Shown piece by piece: positions 49,131 through 58,960 of a DNA stretch of 64,000 bases (the first letter of the stretch is position 1; each line of letters opens with the position of its first letter). Location: sequence record PZ347661.1. One strand, given 5' to 3'. A model generated the notes under the pieces. That model saw nothing but the letters and a program-made list of their open reading frames with translations, was not told the origin of the DNA and did not search any database. The position numbers and the translations under genes were made by a program. This DNA comes from a phage.

Positions 49131-51401
49131 TTATAAGTTCATACCAAGAGCCGATGCTGGGTCTTGGCTAGGGTCATAAAACTGGGAACTAAGTGAATAA
49201 GTCGGATCTTGCTGTGCAGCTAAGTCACGTTCCTGTAAAGAGTTCCCGTTAGTCAAAGCGTTATATCCGACAGCAGCAGATATGTTGGGGGTAGTTTCAC
49301 CTTCTTTAGTAGGTGTTGTCAACGCCTTAGTTATTTGAAGGTTCTGGTTTCCTTGAGATTGTGCTTTTTGTTTTTCCATATCACGGGCATGTTTAGTACC
49401 AGATTCTTGTTCCAGATAATCCAGGTCTTTAAGGTCACCGCTAGAAATAGCTTCTTTAGCCTTAGCATTATTGAGTGCAATCTTACTTTTCAACTCCTCA
49501 TTCTCAAGCTGTGCTTTCTGAATTGCTAATTGCTTAAGCTGTTCTTCCATAGGGTCTGGTTGTGGTTTCCAGGTACGTAACTCATGTGCAAGGTCTGGCA
49601 TACGTTTAAGTTCTGCAATCTTAGCTACAAGAGATAACGTAATAGTCTGGTCAACTGTATTACCTAATGTTTGAACCATGAAGCTCAAATCCTGGGACTT
49701 CTGGTTATCAATTTCAGCAGTATTAATATCAACCTCAATGTCGAAGTTACCTTTAAGGTCTTCACGGTTAATTTCTACATACTGCTCATTAGTAATACGT
49801 ACCACTTCCTTTTCAGATAAGAACACAGCATTCATTGCACAAATCTTAGTACCAATGTCTGCCATACCCTTAGCTAATCGACGAAGGATTGCCATCTCAC
49901 GTTTGGATGCTGCATCGAGTGCACCACGAATACCAGCAGCTACATCCCCATAAGCTGCACCAGTTACACCACCAGAAAATGCTTTAACACCAGTTAGTGC
50001 TTCTGCTTCCTGGTTCTGCATCTGAGTCATTACTATTGCCGACTGAGGTAATTCCGGGAACTTATGTTCCATAATGGCCTGACTAGGATTACCCTGCATT
50101 GGGTTATATTCATAGTCTTGCCCATCATCATATCGACGACGGTTAAGGGTATCTAACATCCCCTTGGGATATCCACGCTGCCCATTTGCACTTCGGCCTA
50201 ACAGGTCAATCATCCCACGCATAGTTGCACCAAGAATTGCTTGGTTATCCCCTAACAGTTCAGCATCAGCCTCACCATAGAGTTCACGTTTACGTGGCAT
50301 ATAAGGAACAACTACCAAAGGTAGCTTACCATCCGGGAATGGGTTCTTTTCCATACGGATAAGAGTAGAACCAATCCAGGTAGCAACAATTGGTTCCAGT
50401 GAACCATCGTCGTTAATGTCGTAGAATCCCCAGTATTCATAGGCAATGACTTTCTTACGAAGTGCATCCTTAAACTGGAAATCGCCAGGGGTTTTACTTT
50501 CATGGTCTGGGTCAGTCATAGGACTGGAACTTTCCCAGTCAATCTTATCCAGATTGTGGTAACGGTCCTTGTTCTTCATAAGGTCTGCTTTGCAAGTCTC
50601 AAATGAGATAACTGCATACAGAGCCTTATCCAAATCACCATTACAGCTTGGGTCAATAACTACGTTATTGGGGTTAAGCATTTCAACAGTAGGCCTGTTA
50701 ACCAGTGCCTTCTCTACCTCTACCTCAGTAACACCAGTCTGGATTGCATAGGTAGCTTCCCCAGTTTCATTGAAGTAGTTAACAGCTTCCTTAATATCTT
50801 CTGGCATTGTTTCGTCATATTCACGAGGATTTTCTGCCTGAAGCTGCAAAGCCTGCTGAAGAATATCTGCTTGCTCTTGGTTCTCAATTGGATACAACTG
50901 GAAGACTGGTGTTTCTGTTTTAATCTTAACAGTCTTACGTTCCCAACCAATACGAGCAATACCAGTACCGTCATCTACGACACTGTGTACGTAATCATCT
51001 ACCAGTTTTACTTTATTAAGCTGGGTACGGAATTGGTAGTTAAGAACTAATTCATTCTGACGTGCAGCTAACTCATCTTCAAAAGTAACAGGGGTTACTT
51101 TAAAGAGTTTGTTAGACGAGAGGAATGGTTCTGACAATGGTGCATAACGCCACTCTGCCTGACGGCGAACCAGTCTAGGTTGGACTTGTGATCGTCCCTT
51201 AACCTTTGGGGGTTTAGCCTTACCCTTAACTTCCATTAAGTCATTCCACTCACGAATCTGAGCCATGATTGCATCGTGAGCAGGCTTAGCTGATTCCAAA
51301 TCACCCTTGAGTAATTGGATACTTGGTTCCTTCTTCCAGTCCGTTAACTTCTCTGATTGAGTCGGGTCTGGTAAAGGCTTAAAAGTGTCTTGGTGTTCCA
51401 T
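49131..51401 (-). CDS. portal protein
   Basis: 756 aa, size and position match N4 gp59-like portal. Confidence 0.65.
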   Translation of the reverse strand: MEHQDTFKPLPDPTQSEKLTDWKKEPSIQLLKGDLESAKPAHDAIMAQIREWNDLMEVKGKAKPPKVKGRSQVQPRLVRRQAEWRYAPLSEPFLSSNKLFKVTPVTFEDELAARQNELVLNYQFRTQLNKVKLVDDYVHSVVDDGTGIARIGWERKTVKIKTETPVFQLYPIENQEQADILQQALQLQAENPREYDETMPEDIKEAVNYFNETGEATYAIQTGVTEVEVEKALVNRPTVEMLNPNNVVIDPSCNGDLDKALYAVISFETCKADLMKNKDRYHNLDKIDWESSSPMTDPDHESKTPGDFQFKDALRKKVIAYEYWGFYDINDDGSLEPIVATWIGSTLIRMEKNPFPDGKLPLVVVPYMPRKRELYGEADAELLGDNQAILGATMRGMIDLLGRSANGQRGYPKGMLDTLNRRRYDDGQDYEYNPMQGNPSQAIMEHKFPELPQSAIVMTQMQNQEAEALTGVKAFSGGVTGAAYGDVAAGIRGALDAASKREMAILRRLAKGMADIGTKICAMNAVFLSEKEVVRITNEQYVEINREDLKGNFDIEVDINTAEIDNQKSQDLSFMVQTLGNTVDQTITLSLVAKIAELKRMPDLAHELRTWKPQPDPMEEQLKQLAIQKAQLENEELKSKIALNNAKAKEAISSGDLKDLDYLEQESGTKHARDMEKQKAQSQGNQNLQITKALTTPTKEGETTPNISAAVGYNALTNGNSLQERDLAAQQDPTYSLSSQFYDPSQDPASALGMNL

Positions 51402-51403
51402 AG

Positions 51404-51910
51404 TTATTCCTGTTCAAAAAGTTTACGGTCAGCCTGAATCTGTTTACCCAACTCAATTAGTTGGCTGTCACGGAGTCTAACAGTTGCCCTGAGTTCTTCA
51501 ACCAAACGTCTGCCTTCTTCAAGACTGTTGTCGAGTCTGGCTGCATGGCTTGCAAGACTTCTGCACTCAAAGGTTCCGGCTTCGGCTTTACGTTTATATA
51601 CCGATGCTCGTCTTTCAGACTGTTGCATCCGGCTGTCGTAATCACTGCTAACGCGAGCAAGCTCGCTTGCGTAATTACTCTCAGCCGTCTGCAACCGGGA
51701 AGTGAGTAACCCGACTTCATAACTATGGTTTCTTTGGAGAGCATTGTATTTGTCCTGTAATTTTTGTGTTGCCTTTTGATCTTCAATCTTTTGGTCATCC
51801 CACTTCTTTTGAACAGTAGACTGTCCATTGGAATTACCCCAAAAGTAAATGGTGGCCCCTAGGACCACCACCAGAAGATAAGGCCAACCTTTAGAGATTA
51901 GCATCTTCAT
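51404..51910 (-). CDS. i-spanin (Rz-like)
   Basis: N-terminal TM helix [16 protein letters not shown] then long coiled-coil periplasmic domain; downstream of endolysin; contains embedded +1-frame lipoprotein ORF. Confidence 0.5.
   Translation of the reverse strand: MKMLISKGWPYLLVVVLGATIYFWGNSNGQSTVQKKWDDQKIEDQKATQKLQDKYNALQRNHSYEVGLLTSRLQTAESNYASELARVSSDYDSRMQQSERRASVYKRKAEAGTFECRSLASHAARLDNSLEEGRRLVEELRATVRLRDSQLIELGKQIQADRKLFEQE
51457..51720 (-). CDS. o-spanin (Rz1-like lipoprotein) embedded in i-spanin gene
   Basis: Signal peptide with lipobox-like ...[12 protein letters not shown], short Pro-rich mature region; wholly inside the Rz-like ORF in another frame. Confidence 0.45.
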   Translation of the reverse strand: MKSGYSLPGCRRLRVITQASLLALAVITTAGCNSLKDEHRYINVKPKPEPLSAEVLQAMQPDSTTVLKKADVWLKNSGQLLDSVTAN

Positions 51911-52526
51911 TACATGCCTCCAGTGGCACATTGCCTATTCGGTTAGCTACCCAACCATACGTAAAGTCTGGCATGTTTAATGAGGTGTAGTGGTTCAGTT
52001 GTTTGGCATCAAGTAACTTAATCATTACCTGACATGCTGCAACTTTGCCTCGTTTTTTCTGCAATGCTTTATATGCATTAACAGTACTTGTACCGACTTT
52101 ACCATCAACCTGTATTTTAGGGTAGTCTTTGCCATTGCGAGACATTTCATTAAGAGATAACTGCAACCATTTAGCAGGACGAGTTACACCAGTGTTAACA
52201 CCAGCATCTACCAGCTTGTGTGTTACAGCAGGAGATATATCAGCGAAGGCTACGAAGTTAGGCTTAAGTACGTAGTCATCAATGTATATCTCAGCAGCCA
52301 TCTCTTTAGATAAACCTTTCATAGAACCATCCCAACCATACTCAGTAGCCAGAACTTCTTTATGAGATTTAGCTACAGATTGGGTAATACCATAATTAGT
52401 TTCCCCACCTGGGTCACGAGGATTGTTTACATATCCCCCTTCCATATAGAACACTGCCCCCAGGATAGCAGCGACAACTCCTCCCACTGCACCACCTTTC
52501 GCAGCAAGTTTCTGTTTAGCTTTCAT
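51891..52526 (-). CDS. GH108-family N-acetylmuramidase endolysin with N-terminal SAR-like segment
   Basis: EGGYVNNPRDPGGETNYGIT motif of the GH108 family; Gly/Ala-rich N-terminal hydrophobic stretch GGAVGGVVAAILGAVFYM. Confidence 0.75.
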   Translation of the reverse strand: MKAKQKLAAKGGAVGGVVAAILGAVFYMEGGYVNNPRDPGGETNYGITQSVAKSHKEVLATEYGWDGSMKGLSKEMAAEIYIDDYVLKPNFVAFADISPAVTHKLVDAGVNTGVTRPAKWLQLSLNEMSRNGKDYPKIQVDGKVGTSTVNAYKALQKKRGKVAACQVMIKLLDAKQLNHYTSLNMPDFTYGWVANRIGNVPLEACNEDANL

Positions 52527-52776
52527 GTGAATCTTCCTTTGGTCGGAATCGTATTAATCTGCCTACGATGTTTAAGGCAAACAGTGCAATTGCAATATTG
52601 GAACCATGGGGAATATCTTCCAGGATGTGACGAGGTAATCCTGTCAGCATTGGTTGAATGATATCTATGGCAGAAAACATAATTAACCCAAAAGTACTAA
52701 TCTGAATGGATGCCCACTTCCAGCATCTTTTCCAATTAGGTACTAACTCAATCTTTCTTCTTAACCTGCGAACCAT
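52516..52776 (-). CDS. holin-like two-TM membrane protein
   Basis: Two hydrophobic helices (ISTFGLIMFSAIDII, IAIALFALNIVGRLI), immediately upstream of endolysin. Confidence 0.45.
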   Translation of the reverse strand: MVRRLRRKIELVPNWKRCWKWASIQISTFGLIMFSAIDIIQPMLTGLPRHILEDIPHGSNIAIALFALNIVGRLIRFRPKEDSHES

Positions 52777-53090
52777 GCGAATATCTCCCGTCTTGCAGCA
52801 GCCAATACACCAATGATTGCACCTGCCCCAGCCCACACCCACTTACCAAAAATCCCAGCACCAACAACTTTATGTTTAATGGTAATGAACTCTTCAATAG
52901 TAGGTTCATTCTTAGCTAAACTATCCTCCACGTTTTTCAGTCTATTACCTATGTCATTGATTGAATCCCGTAGCTCCACCAGAGTTTCCTCCAGTTTCTC
53001 ACGATCCTGTCTTTCTCTTGTCTGGTTCTCAAACAGAGTCTTCAATCGTTCCTCCAGCCTGACTAGGAGTAGTTCACCCGATTCATTCAT
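52761..53090 (-). CDS. membrane-anchored coiled-coil protein (holin/antiholin candidate)
   Basis: Charged helical N-terminus, C-terminal TM VVGAGIFGKWVWAGAGAIIGVLAAA; first gene of the lysis cluster. Confidence 0.4.
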   Translation of the reverse strand: MNESGELLLVRLEERLKTLFENQTRERQDREKLEETLVELRDSINDIGNRLKNVEDSLAKNEPTIEEFITIKHKVVGAGIFGKWVWAGAGAIIGVLAAARREIFAWFAG

Positions 53091-53324
53091 AATATTACCG
53101 TAGTTGTGTAGTTAGAATCCCCAATAGGGTCATATCATAAGATGACTCATAGATAATACTTAGTATGATGAGGTACATCCAGACATAGTGTCTGGTATCA
53201 ACACATGGTAGATAGCGTTCAGTTGGGTATGTTTAATATCTCAAGGCAAGTAATTACCTTAACAGCAGTATCAGTTAGGGTAATGCAAACAGTGAACTCT
53301 ATATAAAAAGTATCATTAGTAGGT

Positions 53325-53354
53325 AAAACTAACCCCGCCGAAGCGGGGTTTTTG
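53325..53354. terminator. rho-independent terminator
   Basis: AACCCCGC-cgaa-GCGGGGTT with T-runs on both sides; directly after the 699-aa tailspike gene. Confidence 0.65.
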
Positions 53355-55454
53355 TTATGGCATTCTTATGATTCCAGTTATGTTATTAGGGGTTGCTGGC
53401 AAGGCTGTACCGCTGAATGTCAACTTCAAGAGTCCACCATTATTTGACGGTGTTATAGTTAAATTAGGTGCCGTCCCGTCTAAGTAAACAGCATCGTTAT
53501 ATACGCGACCCCGCACCCGAATACCTTCAACCGTCAAGTTGATTAGAACAATCATATGCGGTCTAAAAGTAATGGCGGTATAGATAGCCCGGGTCGCAAC
53601 ACCCTCATTAATCTGAGAGCAGAACGGTATAGTTGTGGAAGCATCACCTTGGTCACCACTAAACGGCAAATCTACTTTACCGCCGGTGAAGTTCTGACGT
53701 GCAATGAAATTACCAGACCCATCAAGCGCCACAGCAGGAAATACTATTTTCTCGAAACCAGAGAATGTCCACCCAGACGGAACCCCCGGCAGAGTGTTAA
53801 CCGATACCGCAGCAGGAGGAATGTTGACCGTTAAGCCATTCAGGTTTCCAGCATCAGTATTGAATTTGGTGGTGCAGTTCAGGAAGTACGTATTCTCACC
53901 GAATACACCAGAGCTTAACTGGTTGCCGTAGAAACAAGTATTTACGTTGTTAAAGAATCCACCAATTTTAACGGCTCTATGCGCTTGCGCCGCACCCATG
54001 TCAATGGCTACATCGGTGATATCTTCGTAGTAACCGTAAATTTCCAACGGCATTACTTCCCCGGTGAATACTAGCCCTTTATCACAGCTTTCAGCGTTCA
54101 CGAATTCAAGGCGCTGCCCGTTTATAGCGCCGTCAAAACGATACGCAAGTTTGCGCTGTGTAACGTTAATGTTATGGATGTTCTGCGAGTTGATATAGGT
54201 ATCAAACAAGAACGCCGGTTGTGTATGCGTTTTTGGTGCCGTCAGGTTTCGGGAAGTCATAGTATGGAACGCACCATACCAGCTTGACTTAGCAATTAGG
54301 TTTTGAGCACAATCCACGAACGTAATAGAGTGTAATTCGCTTGCCTCTGCAAAGTTCCGTACGCTAAAACCAATCCCTGCATTTCTTACGATGAAATTTC
54401 TAATCTTGGTTCCAGTTACGCGATAAGTATTATCTGCGAGGGCCACATTGCTCTCTAACACCCCTGTTGATGGGTTAAACCCACCAGTAACAAACATAGT
54501 ATTTGTACCATTTCCGACTAGTTCAGCGCCGTTCAGGTCGATGTCTACCATGGCAGGAATGATGATGGGGGAGCTGCCGATTACGTTAAATCGACCACCC
54601 CTTGATGATACTTTGCGGATGCCTTGTTTCATAGCATCAGCGTAGACATCGCCACTTATTCCATTACCAGCAGCTTTAACTGCATCAGCAATAGCTTGTG
54701 TATTATCCGTTGCCGTTGTATATGCGCCAAAATCCTCTATATACAGGATACTGCATTCTCGAATCCAACGACCAGGACCGGATATGGCGGTTGGTTTGAT
54801 GACCACACCATTGTCATCATCCCTGGTATTCGCTGAATCCCATACAAAAATACCACCACCGCCGGATACGCCAGTGCGGTAAGCTTTAACCTGAATTCGC
54901 TGATTAGAAACACTACCGGTAACTCCGCGAAGCGCAACAATCGAATCTACGGCACCTACTAACTTAAGACCATCCTGCGCGGATAAATCAGTTCGTAATG
55001 TTGGGTCAGTCTGCGGCTTCCAGTCAGCGTTACCAACTGGGTTAGTTCCTGAGGGAATAGTTACAGGTAAAGAACCTAAGTAGGTGTAACCCATGCCATT
55101 GTGAAATAATAATTCATTTCTGGTATTTACAACTAAACCAGTAACAAACGAGTCGGACAGGCTTACGAATTCTCTACGTGTAGCAGCCAGTTCACCTAAA
55201 TCAATAGTACCAGCTGAATGAACCAGGACTGCTTGCTCACTGAGACTTACAGCAGTGGTTCCTACTGGGAGTACGGGTAATGAGTAAGCACGTTGAGTAG
55301 TCTTATCATAAATAACTTTGTAACCACCTAAGTCTACACCTACAGAAAAGTAGACTACTTCATTCTGCTTAACACCAAACTTACGGGCAATGGCCTGCTT
55401 ATTGGTAAGAATACCAGTAGAACCTCTACCACCTTGTGAGAACATCTCGTTCAT
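53355..55454 (-). CDS. tailspike / tail fiber with beta-helix (pectate-lyase-like) domain
   Basis: 699 aa; IEDFGAYTTATDNTQAIADAV resembles the N-terminal cap motif of right-handed beta-helix depolymerases. Confidence 0.55.
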   Translation of the reverse strand: MNEMFSQGGRGSTGILTNKQAIARKFGVKQNEVVYFSVGVDLGGYKVIYDKTTQRAYSLPVLPVGTTAVSLSEQAVLVHSAGTIDLGELAATRREFVSLSDSFVTGLVVNTRNELLFHNGMGYTYLGSLPVTIPSGTNPVGNADWKPQTDPTLRTDLSAQDGLKLVGAVDSIVALRGVTGSVSNQRIQVKAYRTGVSGGGGIFVWDSANTRDDDNGVVIKPTAISGPGRWIRECSILYIEDFGAYTTATDNTQAIADAVKAAGNGISGDVYADAMKQGIRKVSSRGGRFNVIGSSPIIIPAMVDIDLNGAELVGNGTNTMFVTGGFNPSTGVLESNVALADNTYRVTGTKIRNFIVRNAGIGFSVRNFAEASELHSITFVDCAQNLIAKSSWYGAFHTMTSRNLTAPKTHTQPAFLFDTYINSQNIHNINVTQRKLAYRFDGAINGQRLEFVNAESCDKGLVFTGEVMPLEIYGYYEDITDVAIDMGAAQAHRAVKIGGFFNNVNTCFYGNQLSSGVFGENTYFLNCTTKFNTDAGNLNGLTVNIPPAAVSVNTLPGVPSGWTFSGFEKIVFPAVALDGSGNFIARQNFTGGKVDLPFSGDQGDASTTIPFCSQINEGVATRAIYTAITFRPHMIVLINLTVEGIRVRGRVYNDAVYLDGTAPNLTITPSNNGGLLKLTFSGTALPATPNNITGIIRMP

Positions 55455-55476
55455 AAGTACCTCTTTGTTTTTCTGG

Positions 55477-55500
55477 AAAACCCCTCCGAAGAGGGGATAT
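55477..55500 (-). terminator. stem-loop terminator between tailspike genes
   Basis: CCCCTC-cgaa-GAGGGG with U-run on the - strand. Confidence 0.5.
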
Positions 55501-55511
55501 GTTAATTATTA

Positions 55512-58253
55512 CTACATACGCTGAATACGCCATCTACGCGTAGTGCTGGATATACCAGATTCTACATATACACCAGTGAGGGTATATAGGGTATTACCTA
55601 ATCGTGTAGCATCAGCAACTGCATGAGAGATGGTATATGCAACACTATCAGTAGCAGCATCATACCCATTGACTGTAACTGTAAATGCAGGAGTTGCCAG
55701 TAAAGTTGCACCACTACTAGCTTCGCCAATGACTTTAGTTACTAGTACGCCAGTACCCGCTGTACTAGCCTCTGGTAGCGTAATACCTATTAAATATTGT
55801 TCATTACCTTGTATATAGTTTTCAGATACTGCTTTCGTTAAAGCATTAATCTGTAGGTGCATCATACGGGGGTTGCCACTACCTGCCGGGATATAAACCT
55901 TAAATACAGCAACAGGAGAAGTAGATGCATGGTTCTTAAAGTTTACCATTGCGGGGATAATAGAGTTCCAATCCCTAACATCCATTGGGCGTGCTTCTAC
56001 ATACATAGATGCTGTGTGCATTGCACTCCCATCGTAATCCCCAGTTCTTCCATAATCTGGTGCATCCGAGAATGTACCTAAGTATCTGTATTTAGATAAG
56101 ACTATCTTAGTGCCATTACCTTGTAGTGAAACGTTGGGTGAGTTAGACCATCCGCCATTAATATAAATAGTAATATTCTTACCTAGTGAGCTGACTGTGT
56201 TTCCTAAACGGAACATGCAATCGTTACAGGTTATTACCTGGTTTACAGTCTGCCCTTCTACCAAATATGGATAAGACGAGGATTCTACATCCCCCTCGAT
56301 ATAGCAAGAATTGAGGGTAAACGTGTTTACCGATGCCATAGTAGCAAAATAAATACGAGACTGTCCTTTGGTTTCAAAAGAACACTCGTTCCACGTTAAC
56401 ACCTGAGTTGGGCAGTGCACTGATACCGCATGGGTCTGTTGCTCTGCCATCCATATATTTGAGAAGTTAACGTTGTTAACTTCCTCTGTTGGTTGATTGT
56501 AGCCAATTCGGATATGTGATCCTGTTAGCACCACAGATGAACTACTACGACGGAAACGGATATTTTGGTACACGGAATACCAACATTTATCAATATCAAT
56601 GCCGTAGTGGAAGTCTTCAAGTATTGCGTCTACAACCCCACCATTATCCGTGTTATACGTACTAGAAATGCCCCTAAGGTTGGCATTACTCGCATTCCCT
56701 TTTAAGCGTAGTGTTTCTAGACGTGCTCCAAATCCTACCAGGGTTACTAAATATCCTGAATTGGTATTATTCGAGGCGTCGATTATTGTGAATAAATCTT
56801 CCCCGCAAATAGTGGTCCCACTCGGCAGAGTGATACCCGCCCCATTGTAGATATATGTACCATGCGGTAAGTACAGTCTACGGAAGTTAGTGACTAAACT
56901 GGTTCCTGTTAATGCTGCACACGCGGCGTCGATGGCATTGGTGTCATCTGTTACACCGTCCCCTTTTGCACCCCAATCCTTAACACTTATATAATCTGCG
57001 TTGAAATCATGTTGTGTACGCATTACAGCAGTAATGTGATTAACCTTGGTGCCAATATGCCCACTACCACTTTCACTTCCTAATCGGTTTTCTAAGTCAG
57101 AAACCTGGGCACTGGGAACGGGAACCAATGCTACGGTAATATTGCCTGGATTATAAGTTAGCTGCCCATTGTTTACAGAGTCGATGTAAACGTTGGTTGG
57201 TAACGTAGGTAACCCATATGCCTTCTGTTCACTAACAGAATAAATAATCTTCTTACCATTAAGTACTTGGGAATTATCCGTACTAAGGATTACCTCAGAA
57301 TCTTTTACATTAGCAGCACGGGCAACTTCCTGAAGAGTATGGTCTGATGTTTCCAGTACCTGTGTCTCTCCGCCAATCTGAACAATCAGACGATCATTAG
57401 TTGCCAGTGGCTCAGTAAGAAGGATACGCTGGTTATCTGGGTCAGCAGTATATGACTCAGTAGTTAGTCCTTTATACAAACGAAGACCATTCTTATACAC
57501 AGCAGGAACAGACTGGAAGGTATAAGGAATAGCAATAACCTGCTCACCACCCACAGCAGCACCATTGTTGTATAACCAGTTAATCTGAACCCAGTCATTA
57601 ACGTTAGGGTTGTCTGGTACAGCAGGAACACCAGTCAGCAAGAATACAACTTCATCACCTTCTTCCAGAGGCTGAGCCAGAGTCACGGACAGATTCTCTA
57701 CGTTAAACTCAAAGCCACGACCTACATACTGCATGTCACCATTAATAATGATAAATGGTACACCTACTGTACCATCCGGTACGTTGATTGTGGTTTCCCC
57801 ACCAGTAGCAGAACCATTGCTATATACCCAAGGAATGTATGCACCCTCACCAGAGGAAGTACCACCTCCATTGGAACCGGTAGTAGCAACAGTAATCCAC
57901 GAACCAGTTGATTCTGGGTCATCTGGGATAATACCGGTACGATCACCTTCTACGTATAAGTAGTCAGTTACCTGACGGTCACCTGCACGGGAGAAGCCAT
58001 AAATACGTGCATACTTAGCTTTGGTTGTTAGAGCCTTAAGTTCTGCCTCAGACTGTACGCCAAGTACCATCCCATACTGATTCAAGAAGTCATAAATCAG
58101 TTTAAGGTTACCCAGGTTGCAGTACACAGTACGAACCACGTGGTAAGCATTACCAAGTAGTGCATCTACCATTGGGTCATTGGAACTGTTCTGGCAGTAA
58201 GGATTAGTCCAATCCTGATTTGCATCAAAGGGGGTATGTGCGTTCATCGCCAT
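55512..58253 (-). CDS. tailspike with pectate-lyase-superfamily beta-helix domain
   Basis: 913 aa; SVKDWGAKGDGVTDDTNAIDAACAAL is the classic beta-helix tailspike/depolymerase motif. Confidence 0.65.
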   Translation of the reverse strand: MAMNAHTPFDANQDWTNPYCQNSSNDPMVDALLGNAYHVVRTVYCNLGNLKLIYDFLNQYGMVLGVQSEAELKALTTKAKYARIYGFSRAGDRQVTDYLYVEGDRTGIIPDDPESTGSWITVATTGSNGGGTSSGEGAYIPWVYSNGSATGGETTINVPDGTVGVPFIIINGDMQYVGRGFEFNVENLSVTLAQPLEEGDEVVFLLTGVPAVPDNPNVNDWVQINWLYNNGAAVGGEQVIAIPYTFQSVPAVYKNGLRLYKGLTTESYTADPDNQRILLTEPLATNDRLIVQIGGETQVLETSDHTLQEVARAANVKDSEVILSTDNSQVLNGKKIIYSVSEQKAYGLPTLPTNVYIDSVNNGQLTYNPGNITVALVPVPSAQVSDLENRLGSESGSGHIGTKVNHITAVMRTQHDFNADYISVKDWGAKGDGVTDDTNAIDAACAALTGTSLVTNFRRLYLPHGTYIYNGAGITLPSGTTICGEDLFTIIDASNNTNSGYLVTLVGFGARLETLRLKGNASNANLRGISSTYNTDNGGVVDAILEDFHYGIDIDKCWYSVYQNIRFRRSSSSVVLTGSHIRIGYNQPTEEVNNVNFSNIWMAEQQTHAVSVHCPTQVLTWNECSFETKGQSRIYFATMASVNTFTLNSCYIEGDVESSSYPYLVEGQTVNQVITCNDCMFRLGNTVSSLGKNITIYINGGWSNSPNVSLQGNGTKIVLSKYRYLGTFSDAPDYGRTGDYDGSAMHTASMYVEARPMDVRDWNSIIPAMVNFKNHASTSPVAVFKVYIPAGSGNPRMMHLQINALTKAVSENYIQGNEQYLIGITLPEASTAGTGVLVTKVIGEASSGATLLATPAFTVTVNGYDAATDSVAYTISHAVADATRLGNTLYTLTGVYVESGISSTTRRWRIQRM

Positions 58254-58954
58254 CCTCGTTGTTCAAATTTAGTTTCGGTAATTGAAATACTTCCATTAGC
58301 CAGGTCGTAATCAACAACCTCACCACAGATGCTTTCATACGTTTGCAGATACTCTGCTGCTTTAGCATTAGCTTCAGGAGTATTCAAACCGGTGTGGTAA
58401 CGATAGCCCACCCAGTTATGAAGTGCCGTCATTAGCGTATCAGCTAAATCAACTTCCTGTTCTTCATCACCCGTAAGTACAGGGTGCTTAGCTTGATAAG
58501 TTACGTTAAGTGCCTCGAAGTGTCGAGGTCGCATACACTGAATAGTATCAGGCCGAGGAGTAAAAATTGCATGAGGGTCTGAATCGTCGTTAAGTCTACG
58601 TCGATTCCCTGAGTTATCAAACACATTTAGGATTTTAATAACATCATCCTGGAAAGGCTTCATGAACCCATCCATGATATATGGATATTGAATCTCAAGA
58701 GTAGGCTTAGTAAATCTGGAATAGGCATATTTGGATTGAAGGGGATAATCAGTACGACCTTCCTTCATTTCCACAATACAGCTGTTAGTCCTAAGAGGGA
58801 AACGACTATGTAGTCGTACCAGTCCCTCATTAATAGCAGCTAATATCTCAGGCTTACTCTCTGGTTCAATATCTAATCTGTCATCAGTGATTGCACCAGT
58901 ACCCTTCAGAGTACTTAGTGCCAAGCCACGATATACTTCCGATAATTTCTGCAT
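58244..58954 (-). CDS. virion / tail-associated protein (gp67-like position)
   Basis: 236-aa ORF between terminase and tailspike genes. Confidence 0.4.
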   Translation of the reverse strand: MQKLSEVYRGLALSTLKGTGAITDDRLDIEPESKPEILAAINEGLVRLHSRFPLRTNSCIVEMKEGRTDYPLQSKYAYSRFTKPTLEIQYPYIMDGFMKPFQDDVIKILNVFDNSGNRRRLNDDSDPHAIFTPRPDTIQCMRPRHFEALNVTYQAKHPVLTGDEEQEVDLADTLMTALHNWVGYRYHTGLNTPEANAKAAEYLQTYESICGEVVDYDLANGSISITETKFEQRGWR

Positions 58955-58960
58955 GGTTCC

